A stretch of 57,775 nucleotides of DNA, filler included, from Ionaspis alba (GCA_964255285.1; 2 parts of 2 records of this genome joined end to end with filler, not necessarily neighbours in it), one strand, 5' to 3'. Numbered from the whole stretch's first letter, positions 27,701 through 40,080 are shown. Notes: a model not told the origin generated them from the sequence alone. Translations and numbers: made by a program.

Positions 27701-28802
27701 GTGCTAAGGAGGAGAAGAAGGATCTCGAAGATCAGCGAGAAGCAAAGGTAGTTCTCGTCGCCGACTTTACGGGACATGCAAGTCAGGTTGGTGCAAGAAT
27801 AGCTGTGGATGAGGGAGATACCCAAGAGATATTGGAGAAAAGATATGAGAGGCTTTCCGCGGATCTGAAGAAGTATGAAGAGAAGTAGGTAGACTTGTAG
27901 CGAATGGTAGGTGACTATTGCTGATGCTCTTCTAGACTCGGAGGCGACAAGAGGAAGATTGCGGAGGACTACGCCAAAGCAACTCAAGCATACAACGATG
28001 CTTTGCTCCAATTCCAGGAGGAGGAGAAACTCGCTCAGGTAATCCCAATCCAGGACCTTGAAGAAGTCATCTATCTAACCAAGCCTTACGTCTAGTTGCT
28101 GAAGATGACCTTGATCCACCGGAAATGGCGCTGGAAGCAGTTCAAGCGTCGAATTACGGCACGTGCAAGGTTGATGTTTGGATATCTCCTGAGCGAACGT
28201 GGGTTTCGGGGCAAATTGACAGTCGATCATGCGGGAAGGCTGCTGGACCTCAATGTCAGTTGATCATCGACAGCTTTCTTACGCAATTGCTCTGGTGGCT
28301 AATTGTACATAGGTTCAACCCGATGAGACACAAACCGATAGGGGCAGGCAGACGAAGACCCTGTCCGGTGGAGAGAAGTCTTTTTCCACGATCTGTCTCT
28401 TGTTGTCACTGTGGGAGGCGATGGGCGCTCCAATCAGATGCCTCGATGAGTTGTCAGTCGTTTCCCTTCTGGTTTGTTTGTCGTCAACACTGACAGGTAA
28501 TAGCGACGTTTTCATGGATAGCGTCAATCGGGACGTGAGCATGAAAATGATAGTAAGCAGAATGACTTGACTGTGCACTTGAACGCCGTTAATCAGAGCT
28601 ACAGATTCAAGCAGCTAGACGGTCAACGAGTCGTCAATTCATCCTCATCACCCCACAATCCATGAGTGCCGTTGACCGAGAGGAGGATGTTAAGATTATC
28701 AAGTAGGTCATGATGAGCATCTCGTTCATGGCCAGGCTAACGCGTAGTAGGATGCAAGATCCTGAACGCAACCAAACTACTTTGCCGTATGGCCGTCTAT
28801 GA
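24795..28802 (+). CDS. SMC6: Structural maintenance of chromosomes protein 6, multi-exon
   Basis: NFMCH, Walker [45 protein letters not shown], hinge PVGPLG, signature [11 protein letters not shown], Walker B/D-loop [18 protein letters not shown]. Ends [14 protein letters not shown]. Confidence 0.95.
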
Positions 28803-29006
28803 TATGTTATCTCCGCTTTGCCTACTCTACCCACCCCCATTTCTTCGCTGCACAGTTTCCAGGTACAGTGATATCCTGGTGATAGAATGGTGGACCTGTT
28901 CTTGTTCTAGAACTTGAAGGAACAGGGCCTAGAGCTTTATTTTCGATGGAGAAAAAAGGGCATCTTTCAGTCGTTGTGCCTATGATAGTATCCCCGATAC
29001 GTTTGA

Positions 29007-29106
29007 NNNNNNNNNNNNNNNNNNNNNNNNNNNNNNNNNNNNNNNNNNNNTTAATTAATTAANNNNNNNNNNNNNNNNNNNNNNNNNNNNNNNNNNNNNN
29101 NNNNNN
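29007..29106. other. Artificial contig linker: 44 N + TTAATTAATTAA + 44 N
   Basis: A palindromic 12-mer (29051-29062) with stop codons in all six frames, centred in a 100-nt N block. Confidence 0.93.
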
Positions 29107-30054
29107 CCTCCCCAACTCCCCAGCGCCCTACCATCCCAACACCACATCCCGCATGGCAGACCTGCCTGGTTGTCGCACAGCATAACGCACGCATGAATTC
29201 CAAATGCAAGCGCTGCCAATTTGCATGCATGATCGCCGAACACCTCCTCCCAAAAAGCAAAAGGCAAACAAAAACCCCTCCCACCTATCGATAATGCATA
29301 AAGGGGGGAGAACGTTTCGAAACAATTGATTCCCGACGAAGGAGTCCGGTCACGAGGTCTAGAATCGCGGATGGTGTGTCGGTAGGTCGGGGAATGGGGA
29401 GGAAAGGCAGAGGATTGTTATGAGTATTACGGCAACAGTTGCGTAACTCCTTCCCGACGCGTGATGCAAGGGGAGTGAGATTATCGTGATTTGCGGCTGT
29501 GGTGCCTTTTGCTCCTTGGCAGACGTTGTGGAACGTTGGAGCTGAATTGAGTTTTGTGATTTTTTTAGGGGGGCTGTTGGAAGTGGGAGTTATTGCGTAC
29601 AAGGCGTTCGACATACAGGACTATCATGATAGCAACAAGAAAGCATGTTTCCAAGATATTTTGAATAGATATAGTTTAGTTAGGGATTGCCCCTATTTGA
29701 TGCTTCCTGAACTCACAGGATGTGGAAGCCAAGATGAGCAAGAATCGAAAAGGGTATCCAACATACACTCCCAGCCTGAGAACAATAATCCTCTTGCGGC
29801 AAAAGCCGCCCAATACTCCCAAAAAATCCATCCCCTCGCCGGCAATGCGAACAGTAGAATGCCTAATAGTCCATCACCCATCGCTATGAAGTCTTATCCC
29901 AACAATAATAGTAATAATGAATACCATCCCTCCAAAGCCCTCCAAATCCCATCATCATAACGCATTAAATCTTTCCAAGCCCAGGGCACTATTCACACAG
30001 CACAATCCCTCAGGATTCCCACTCCATTCTCACAATTCCCTCTTCTTAGAGAGA

Positions 30055-32171
30055 TCACCGATCAGTACCACCCATCCCCATACCTCCTCCCCTCGCATAC
30101 GTAGATCTAGGATCCCAATCCCCAGCCCCCAACGACGAATTATTCCGATGCGGAATCGGACTCCCAGCCGCAGTGCGCGAATGCACCGGTCTCGGATCCC
30201 GGTCCCTCCCCAGCGCCGATCCAGCCCGCTCAGTCGACATCGCAGATCCTGATCGTGCCCATCCCAGCGCAGATCCCGACTGATCTCTTCCCAGCGCTGA
30301 GCCCGAGCGGTCGGCGCCCAGTGCGGAGTTCGATCGATTGGTCCCCGTCGCTGAGGTCGTGCGAGCTGGTGGAGGGGATTGAATGTGGTCTCGTTCTTGG
30401 AGAGAGCCGAGCTGGGCTCCCACGAACGTGACACCGGGTCGTTCGCGGCCGTGTGATGAGCCAAGTCGGCTGGAGTCGCTGGCGGAGCGGCTGGGGGGTT
30501 TGGGGTGGGAGAAGCTGAGGGATGGACTTCGGTATTGGGCTTCGCTTCCGAAGTTCGGGTTTGCGGGGAAGAAGTCTTGTGGGGAGTGGTCGTCTGATAA
30601 GGGGCTGGTGCTTGGTTGGTCGAAGCCTTTTTGAATGTAGAGAGGTTGAGGTGGGGATGTGAGCATTTCGTAGTTTCGAGGGTCGGAGATTCGGCGAGCG
30701 TCGACGGAGACGAAGTCGTGGCTTCGGTTGAAGGGACGGCGGATTAGGTCGATCCATCCTGTGACCATGGACCAGTGGCCGAGGAAGAGGGCACCCCAGT
30801 AGCCATTTAGCTGTGGGATGGTTAGATTAGATCGACGAAAGATATGTGGATGGAACGTACAGAAAGTAGGTATAGAACAGCCATCACAGTCGCCTCGTTA
30901 ACGACCAGCGGTTCGGTCTTGCTGAGACACGCGTTTTTGTTGCCTCCGTTCACAACCAAACACAATAGCCATGGCATAGTCGCCGTCTGATCATGAACTT
31001 CCGAAGCGGTTGCGTTGTCCATTTTGAGGTAAATAACAGAAAAGAATATAACATCAGCAATAATGATAAGCACGAGAATGATGCCTCGCCACTGTAGTGC
31101 GATAACTTTTCGTACTCTCCTGTATGCTGCTTTGGCAGTGACTGTTCGAACACTGCCGTTATATGATGGTAGATTAGATGAGGTCTGGGATGATTCCTCG
31201 GAGTTGAGTAGTGATCGAATGTATACTCGGATACAATATCCTAGTGTGGCGAACTGCATGACGGCAGCCGACGCCGCGAATGCCAACAGAGGACCCCAAA
31301 GAGTCTGTAAGCTTTTTTCGTGATTGATATGGCATATATTTCCAAATCTGTAGGAAACTCCTGTCAAGGATAGAACTAAGGCCAAAGATGTCGCTGGGAT
31401 GCCCCATCCGAAGAGAAGGGAGCTCCAGAAGAATTTGAGCCCGGGTACGACATGCCAGCAGATTTGAAGATGCACTGAAAGTGAGCGAAGGAAAACTGAA
31501 GGAATGTAAGCTCGGAAAAGATGGCGGAGTTGCAGAATTTACGTACTCCACATTACTGCAGCAAATCCACCAAAGACAATCAGAGATCCTGAAAATGCGC
31601 ATGCAAGATCCGAGGACATGTCATTTGGCGTTATTGCATCACGGCAAGGATTGGGTTTGGCCCCCAGTGGAACCATGAAACTCAACTGCTGCAATCAGTT
31701 GACGCCTGAGTGATTTTCTAGACCAAACCTACCGACATGAGCATGACGCCGAAGATCAAGCATATCGTGAGATAATGTCGATGCGTTCGCTGTACCGGTA
31801 GGAAAGCGTATGAGAGGAGAAGTAGCACACAGCAAACGATACTCCCAACATTCAGCCAACTCGCAGCTTTGGATAGGACGTTGAAGTCTGCATGACACAG
31901 TCAGAATCCTGGTTTCCTTGTCCGACGGTTGTTCCTCTTACTGTCCGGATATACCCAGTCTGTCAGTGGACATGGGAGACAACAATCAATCGTGCCTTGT
32001 AACGAGGGTACCGGAGCACAGAGACGCCCATACTCGACTGTCCAAGAATCAGTATACGTATAGAGGTGGCGAGCAGGCTGGATGAATCTTACATCCGCCT
32101 TTGTACGGAAACTCGGAGCGTTGAAGGTAGGGCACAGGGCATCCCCCACGGCCAGCTGTACCGTTCGCCAT
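30055..32171 (-). CDS. 7-TM G-protein-coupled receptor, GprM/MG00532-like (secretin-like fungal class), multi-exon
   Basis: Cys-rich ectodomain GRLCAPVP…DCCLPCPLTDWVYPD, CRDAITPNDM…CAFSG, IFLRSLSVHLQICW, GVSYRFGNICHINHE, VRKVIALQWRG, PWLLCLVVNGGNKNAC. Long Ser/Arg-rich cytoplasmic tail. Confidence 0.8.
30195..30336 (-). repeat. 27-nt/9-aa tandem repeat (RSGSALGxx, ~5 copies) in the GPCR tail
   Basis: Translation RSNSALGAD RSGSALGRD QSGSALGWA RSGSAMSTE RAGSALGRD. Confidence 0.8.
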
Positions 32172-33115
32172 CACGACCCCTCCGGTAGATATATCTCTCT
32201 TTGACTATTTGTCCCAGCCTCCTATTGTGTTCCAGTCCCTTGTTTTGGCGCCTCGGTCACGATGCAGATCCTCCTCACGTGGTAGAGCCCAACGGTGAAC
32301 GACATCCAACAAAGACGCGCTCGAGATGCGGCTAACAAGATGCTGATGCGGGAATTCGAAGGTAATCGATAAGAAACGTCAGGCGCAGATATTCGAAGAG
32401 AGAGCGAAATGTAGACATTCAGAGCAAGATGCTTTGGCAACTTAGGTGACACCTGCAGGAATGATTGACAGAAGGTAGGAAGGAGTGATGCAAGATCCAC
32501 GACCCAAAAAAAAGTAGTCCAACAGAAGGATAATAATATGCCGCATGCGTGGGAATATACGGGGTACGAAGTACCTGGCGCTGGAAGCTTTCTAGGCCAA
32601 GAGGAAATCCGGCTAGGCAAGTCCGGGCAAGACGTCGTCGCCGACATCCATGAGCCTGGACGCTGCATCGGACCAGTGAGGGGTGTGAAGCCCAATCGTC
32701 GGCGTGACAGGCACGAGGCAAGTGGGCCGGGTCACTCATAGACTTTCCCAGATCCCTGGCCCACCTGCTCAACTGCTCTCTGCTTTGCTTGGTGTGGTGG
32801 CTGGGGGGCAGAGCTGGGTGGGTGCGCGTAGATTTGCCGACTTAGACGGCCACTGCAGACCTCCATACCTTTCGGAATGGACGACTTTCCAGCGTGCCTG
32901 TACCCATAGGCTGGGAGTGTACGGGCGTCGGAAGTTCTCCGTCGCGGCTGTCCAGTCGTTGGAAGGGAGGGTGGTGTGTGGGGACTTTTTTTTGGGTGAA
33001 AGCGACTGGGTGAGCCTATGGGATGTCGTTGCTGAGAAAGACTCGCTTCAGCGACAATTAGCCCCGGATCACGTAAGAAACAACGTGATTCGCGGGTCGG
33101 GGAGATTCGACAGGG

Positions 33116-33215
33116 NNNNNNNNNNNNNNNNNNNNNNNNNNNNNNNNNNNNNNNNNNNNNNNNNNNNNNNNNNNNNNNNNNNNNNNNNNNNNNNNNNNNN
33201 NNNNNNNNNNNNNNN
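33116..33215. other. 100-N assembly gap flanked by GACAGG units
   Basis: gacaggg precedes and gacagggacagggg follows the N run, consistent with a collapsed simple repeat. Confidence 0.85.
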
Positions 33216-35569
33216 GACAGGGACAGGGGCCGGGAGCTCCCAGCGGAGGATCTCCTTTGCGTTAGTGGCTCCCTAATCTCCACCGATTGTACTTCCTCTG
33301 GCCCCTAAGCTGCCTGAGAGGCCCCCTGTTCTATCTGTGCTCAGCCTGGGTTTGCCGCACGATGGGATTCTTGCCCATGTTGCCTTTCTGTCCTGCCCCA
33401 GTTGGTTTACTCTTCTGAGCTTCGGATGTGGAGAACGGATGGATGATCGGATGAAGACCTATCCTTTACTCCGACATAGCGATACACACGATCGCCTCTC
33501 CGACCGTATGGTCGAAGACACGCGAGCAGTTTCCAATCATAGTATTACACTACATGGCCTTGCCTCCATGACATCGTCAACCACGAAAATACACGAGCGA
33601 CTGTGCATATCTCGACCGAGAGACACCGGAAACGTTTCAGTCAAGTGATAATGCTGTTAAAGTCATTCACATCCTAAGTCCTCTCAGCATTGTTCTTCAG
33701 CCGCTCGAATGCAGTCACCCTTAGCAGTTCACATCTGTGCTGTTACACGACCTCAGCTATTCACGTAGCACATAAACTACTAAGCTGCGGGCGTAATCTC
33801 GATTGCGATATGGAGCGCGCAAGAAGGAAAAGCTGACACGATTATGCTTGCCTTAGGCGGCGGCAAAGCAATTGCGTGTTGCAAGGGAGTTCGAAGCTGA
33901 TTATTCTGTGCATTATACCCATGTCCCTGGTGGACTGGAAGCTAAAAGGTCCAACCTCGGCCATTTGCTGCCGGTCAAAATAAATTTTGGCAAGAGTTGA
34001 TTGGTGGATGGAGGAAGATCAATGGATCATGATTAGGAGGATTTTAGAAATCATTTCTCCACGGCCCATGCTGCCACCTCGAAGCAGTAATACTTCTTTC
34101 TGGCTGAGCTACTTCACGATGATCGTCTCTTCAGGGGAAATGTGATTGCGACTCTATGGCCTCCTATCATGGCGCAAAATGATCAGCCTACCACGACCTC
34201 CGATTTCACATAATCACTCATAGAAGCGCCCACGCCAGTCACTAATTTCGAAATAATCACGAGAATTGATTTCTTTCTTAGTCTCAAGAACCCATGGGGA
34301 AAAGTAAAATGCATACGATTGATGATTGGAGTGTACTGCCCTATCGGAAGAAGCCAGACGTTTTCGTCGTTGATGGGTCTTGGAATTGGTCCACTATTCT
34401 TCTGGCTAGTGAAACAAGCCTATTGCCGCACACCAGTCACAATTCGTTGCAGAAGTCTGGTGGCTGAAGCCACTGACCATGGCACCTACCAGATATGGAG
34501 ACCGGGAAGCCATGTTGATAGGCAGTCTGACTTCTGACGAGCGAAGTGTCAGGACTATCAAGCTCTACTCTATCAGGATTACGAGTAACGGTGAGTGCTA
34601 CTATCAAGCTTGAAGTTGTAGGCAGCTTCCCACCGTGTCGGGTAAGTCGTGGTAAGGATTCAGGTATGCAGGAATTCGGGGTTACCCGAGTTACACACTA
34701 TTTCTCTCAGTATCTACTGGTTCGCAAGCTCGCAATCCAAGATCAGCTCCAGCCCACCCCGTCATCATCCTATTTGCGACGGCAGTTCTGAGGTAGTATC
34801 ATAGTCTTGCAGCGCATTTCTTGTCATCGAAACGGCAGCGTCATCACCAACAGTCTCGTCTGGAAACCACGTAGATCTTATGCCGTGATCAGCAGGCAGT
34901 CTTAGCAACTACGAAAGACTGGACTGATACTCTCTCGGTTTCGTTACCCATGAATGTCATTGCCACTGGTGTCGAACTGATCCTATATTGGAAACAAACC
35001 CGGTGTCACGGATAGTCCTACGGAAGAGAACGTGAGTTATGCATCCACGATGCCATCTGCCGAGGCTTCCGGAGAAGAGGCTGTTCTGAGACTAGATGGC
35101 AGTTGGGAGACCGTTGTTCTGACGGCTTCAAGGCGAAACGTCAGTAGATGCGGAGAACCATGTTTTGCGGGGAAGCAATGCACGATACCGAGGAAATAAA
35201 GATAGTGTCTTATCAGAAGTCCAGTTTGATCATCGGGGCCCCGTGAAGGTGCCGCTGACATAAGAGGTACCAGAAAAATAGTGTAAATGGTATGTATCAT
35301 CATGAAATGATTGAGGATGGGTAAAGTTTGAAGTTTGTGGGAGAAAGAGAACGTACGCACTCGAATCAATCAACATTTCGGGGCTTGCGACCTTGTCCCG
35401 TCGTGTCGCGACCCAGCTTCATCAACTGTGTAACTACTCCAGAGAGCCATTTGGACGACAATAAATCAAAGGACACTGCTTTACATCGGCAGCGACGGGT
35501 TTTTTCATCTATAGACAGCTTTTTTAGAAAGCTACGAAGAATTGCTTTCGAAAATATCTGCAGCTCGCT

Positions 35570-35595
35570 TAGCCCTAGCGCAAGTCTAAGCCCTA
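35570..35595. promoter_or_regulatory. Two AGCCCTA (Tbf1-type TAGGGCT) motifs upstream of RPS13
   Basis: agcccta at 35571-35577 and 35589-35595, 75-100 bp before the ATG. This motif class is associated with ascomycete ribosomal-protein promoters. Confidence 0.45.
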
Positions 35596-35668
35596 CCCAC
35601 AACGACCTGCGACTCCATCAAAACCAGATCCGCCTACTCACTGCATCAACGATTTGACACTGACGATC

Positions 35669-36381
35669 ATGGGTCGCCTTCACAGCAACGGAAAAGGCAT
35701 ATCGGCCAGCGCCATCCCATATTCTCGTACCCCACCAGCATGGCTCAAGACCTCCCCCAACCAGATCGTCGAACAGATCTGCAAACTGGCAAAGAAGGGC
35801 GCAACACCCTCTCAGATCGGTGTCACCCTTCGAGACTCCCAAGGAATTGCGCAAGTCAAGGTCGTCACTGGTATGTGCTTAAAAAGGACGAGTAATAGTC
35901 ATCATGAGCTCTGTACTGACTCCGTGGGTAGGTAACAAAATTCTCCGAATCCTCAAATCCAACGGTACGGTATACCCAATATGAACCACACCCATCGAGA
36001 ACAAAGCTCCCACAAGTCTCGAGACTTCACACAATTATGCCTCTGCTTGGTCTTTTGACTGACGGAGTGATTTTCCCACATGATAGGCCTCGCACCTGAA
36101 ATCCCTGAGGACCTTTACATGTTGATCAAGAAGGTACTGCTACTCGCCCATTCAAAGTCTGCCGTCACGTCTCAGCCCGAGAGCTTTGCTGATGCATTTT
36201 AATCTAGGCTGTCGCTGTCCGCAAGCATCTCGAGCGCAACCGAAAAGACAAGGACTCCAAGTTCCGTCTTATTCTCATCGAATCGCGTATCCACCGACTG
36301 TCGAGGTATTACAAGACTGTCGGTGTACTGCCGCCTACGTGGAGGTACGAGAGTGCGACTGCGAGCACGATGGTGGCATAA
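35669..36381 (+). CDS. RPS13: 40S ribosomal protein S13 (uS15), 4 exons
   Basis: [20 protein letters not shown]…[76 protein letters not shown]…ASTMVA*. Introns 35872-35931, 35964-36086, 36134-36207. Confidence 0.98.
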
Positions 36382-36732
36382 TTGTGGCAAGCGTCCGGAC
36401 TTGGTTGGACGAGTTGGTGGTTCCGATGTGGACATGTTCGCTAGAGTGCGGAGAGACGCTGCGATAGCTTTCATGACTGAAATCAGATTTACAGATCCAC
36501 TACTTTGATTAACCTATGTTGTTCAAGCACGTGGTTGAAGATTTGCTGCAAAGAGTTTTGATTTGATCTCGATTCAACGCTGCGATAGTATCTCGAAATC
36601 GCTAATGGAGCCATCAAAACTGGAACTGTAGTCGAATATATTGTAAAAGTTTCAGAACGCCATCGCTATGCCCAATCGACCACCCACACCACTTCAGATC
36701 CCTTATATTGCCTCCCGTCGCTAAAAGAGCAA

Positions 36733-37425
36733 TCAAACCTCTCCCGTTCCCACTCCACCCTCTAATTCCCTACTCTTCATCAACAAAAACTCCCCCAGCA
36801 CCCTAAGCGGATCCGCCGGCCTATTACATCCCGTCAGCAAAGCCCACTCCAACCTCTACCTCTCCCACCAACTGACCCCCGTTATCCAGCAGGAACAACT
36901 TACTGTTCAGCCGCCAACCTCTTCATCCCCTCCATCAGCACCCCCGTCACCTTCTCATTCAAATACCTTCTCGCCGGCGCCCCATGAGCCGCTGCCTTCG
37001 CCGGCATCGGTCTCGATACTGGCTTAGGGGCGGCCGCAGTATCTGTGCCGTTGACATTGCGCGTAGGTGTGGAAGTTCGGGGCTGGGGCTGTGATTGCGG
37101 AATTGGGGACGCGGAAGCTGGAGGAGCAGCATTGGGCGCAGATGCGGTGTGGGTCGTGGGTATGCCTGGGATTTGGGGAGGTGGTTCTGTGGAATGAGAG
37201 GGAGGTTGAAGATCTGGAGGTTGTGGTGGTTGCGATGTCACCTGCGCGGGTTTAGCTGATGTGGGTAGAAGGTGCGAGAAGAAGACGGACGGCTGCTTCG
37301 GTCATGGGCGTGTCTTGGGTTCCGTGCGTGGGTGGAAGTGTGGACGGAGAGGCATCCGGGTTTGCTGAAGCTGAGGGTAGGGCGGAAGACATGTTTGCGG
37401 TGAAGACTGGAGGTTCCGAGGCCAT
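36733..37425 (-). CDS. SDC1: COMPASS/Set1C subunit Sdc1 (Dpy-30 motif), 3 exons
   Basis: Pro-rich N-terminus, then the Dpy-30 motif GAPARRYLNEKVTGVLMEGMKRLAAEQ|PADPLRVLGEFLL. Stop TGA at 36733-36735. Start inferred. Confidence 0.87.
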
Positions 37426-38131
37426 GACGGGTGGTACATCCGTCGGGGACAGGAGAAGGAAGCCATGTTGATATATCTGGTAGGGCTCGGGATTTCGGCT
37501 GAACGTTTGACCGCGCCGAGACCCTATCATCATTGCTCAATTTGAGTAACACTTTATCATAAACTTTCAGATCTTAATAGATCTTGATAGATCTTAGTCA
37601 TACCGGATGCATCAGATATACTAGGTACCAACAACCGGCTGCATACAATTATCGACGTGACGAACGAAACAAGATCCATGCGGTTTCGTACAATTTCAAT
37701 AGGCGATTAAGGAGATCTCAGATGAATTTAGAGCCTTTTACGACTATGTTACGATGGCTTGGTCAACGTGATTGATCTTAAGCCTAAGAGATATGTTGGA
37801 ATACAACCAAGAACTGCAGCAGCATCCAGGCGAATGACGGCTAAGTGTAGCAGTCGAAATCACATGCTCTCATCGATAATAACATGCTACCAAGCGGAAA
37901 CACTCCTTGTCTCTCATCCAAAGAAAACTTGACCAGGCTGCCTTCGCGAGTCAAGTCCATGGATTGGACTTCTCTGCGCAGTCAGACTTTTGATAGTGCA
38001 AATAACCTTGCCATTGCTTTCTAGTGCATGTGCTGCAACGGAATCTGAAGCATGGTTATCACCTGCCACTGTCTGCGCTGGGTTAGTACACCACTTCGTA
38101 TCATTTCCTCCCTTAGCAATCTGCAGATTGG

Positions 38132-38973
38132 TCAGCCATGATACTTGACGTGAGAGAAGCGTCCATTGCAGGGCATTCGAACCATTTTAATGTCCTGTAG
38201 GGCTAAAGAACTCCCGTGCGTTCCGTCTTGATCAAAATCGCTGACTGAGAAAAAGGCCTGAGTCAAGGTGCGATTATCTAGATGACGACTTTTAGCAACG
38301 ATCTGGAGATGTCTGTCGTAATTGAGGTATAAGACATTCAAGGCGAAGACATGCCAGTTATTGTTACAGATTGACGTGCAGGTGCCTTCTCCCGATCATC
38401 TTCCCACGGGGTAAGAAATATTCCCCTCAGTCGTAAGATCGTTGGTTTCCCTCGCCTCAACCCCTTCAAGCTACCTTCTGATAGAAGATATAGAGGAGCA
38501 CAGAAGGACAGAGTCGAGAGAAAACAAACCTACGCACCAACGCCAATTGTCATTTCAACGATTAACCCAGATCCCGTCCTCTTTTCTATTGCTGTGTCAT
38601 TACACCACCAGTCTCCCGAATCGTCCTTTCTCGTATCTTCAAGCAGCACGGGATCCGATTTTATTGGTATCGACGCTACCCAGAACTCTTTTCCCCCGCT
38701 CCTCTCATTTTGGCATCCTATCATGGCGCGTGCATGACCAGGCGTACCATTGTAGAGGGCGATGTTGTGGATACCGCTGGTGTTATCGGCGGAGCGGAGG
38801 GAGGCGTTAAGGGTGCCGTTGGCCCGAGGATCTGAACCGGTCATTTTGGCAGTCAACTCAATAAAGGAGTAATTGGAAGGGAGGCTGTAGGTCAGGTTGG
38901 TGGTGGAAGCAGAAATATATTCCAATTGGAAGGAAAGGAGCAGCACAGTGAGGAGAGACGAGTAGAGCGCCAT
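38132..38973 (-). pseudogene. Secreted glycoprotein-like gene, apparently disrupted
   Basis: Signal peptide MALYSSLLTVLLLSFQLEYISA and several N-x-S/T sequons in 38530-38973. After a probable intron the frame continues LEGVEARET…YPVGR*SGEGTCTSICNNNWHVFALNVLY…, with an in-frame TGA at ~38396-38398. Confidence 0.4.
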
Positions 38974-39437
38974 GACGGGTTTCCTTCACGGGATTGAACA
39001 TGCGAGGAATTCAGAAGGGCGCAGCTAGCTGGGTAGTGATATGAAGATTCAAAGGTAGTGTGATAAGTTCAATGTTTATGAAGTGGACTGCGAAGTGGCT
39101 GTGCATGTGAAACAGATAAACCAACCATTGCCTGGCGCGGGTCAATGGGGTATAACCGTCGGTCGACTTGCGAGAATACTATCGAACTGAACGCACGTTA
39201 GCGACAAGAGCATTTTGATCAAGGAAGAAGTTTAACCAATGTATGTCGAGGCCGCTTGCAAGAGGAGTAATGTCATGGTGAGAACTTGCTGCAGAGGTAT
39301 CAGCTGCGCAGATAAGTGGATCGCCAAAAAGCGAGTGATAATGGCGAAGAAGCGGCGCAGTTGCATAAGCGATAAGTGAGAACCCCCGTCGAAGTCGCTG
39401 TCAGTTGTGTCAGACCAGATTTTGGCCTGGATTGCCA

Positions 39438-40080
39438 TTGAAGCCAGAGGAGGAAAGTAAATAGAAGCAATTTTTGGAGCCAGATCACATGTATCTCCGC
39501 AAAACGTAATTCTGGGTTGGACAGGACTGGCCGTCGACGACGCAGCAGCGAAGCTTGCCTGTACACAACGCTAACTTCTATTGAAGCAGGGGGAGGAAAG
39601 TGAATAGAAGCGAATGTCGGATCCATACCACGTGTGATCCCGCAGACCGGATATTCTAAGTGGAGCGGGTCTGACCACTGGCAATGTCAGCAGTGTAGCT
39701 CATATGTATCCTGCAAAACACTAGCTGGTGTTAAGGAAGAATGGAAAGTAAATAGAAGTGAATGTCAGAACCAGATCACGTGCGGCTCTGGAAAGCGTGA
39801 TATTGAACAAATGAGGACTGGCCACCGACAGTATCAGCGTGTACCTCGCTTGTGTCTCAGAGTAGCCCTAGATGTTATTGGATTAGGGGGAGCAAAGTAA
39901 ATAGAAATGAATGTTCAAAGCTGATCACGTGTACCCTTCAAAATGTAATCATGAGCGAAGCGGGTTGATCACCAGCGATATCATGATGTCTCTTGCTGGT
40001 GTCTGACATAGCCGTAGCTGCTGTTGATGCAAAGGAAGCGAAGTAAATAGAACTGAAAGTTCAACGGTAATCACGTGGGG
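39438..40080. repeat. Degenerate tandem array, five copies of a ~147-bp unit
   Basis: Core (G)AAAGTRAATAGAA…ATCACRTG starts at 39454, 39597, 39745, 39894 and 40040, giving spacings of 143, 148, 149 and 146 bp. Inter-core sequence shows weaker similarity (e.g. ggactggcc in units 1 and 3). Confidence 0.85.

Noticed and set aside
35964..36086. Intronic snoRNA in the longer RPS13 intron (vertebrate RPS13 hosts U14)
   Set aside because: No correctly placed box C (RTGATGA)/box D pair or U14 domains are visible.
38396..38398. Selenocysteine recoding of the in-frame TGA
   Set aside because: Ascomycetes are not known to have Sec machinery, there is no redox motif, and no SECIS was recognised.
39438..40080. 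CRISPR array
   Set aside because: Eukaryotic context, no cas genes, degenerate cores, and ~110-bp spacers that are homologous to each other.
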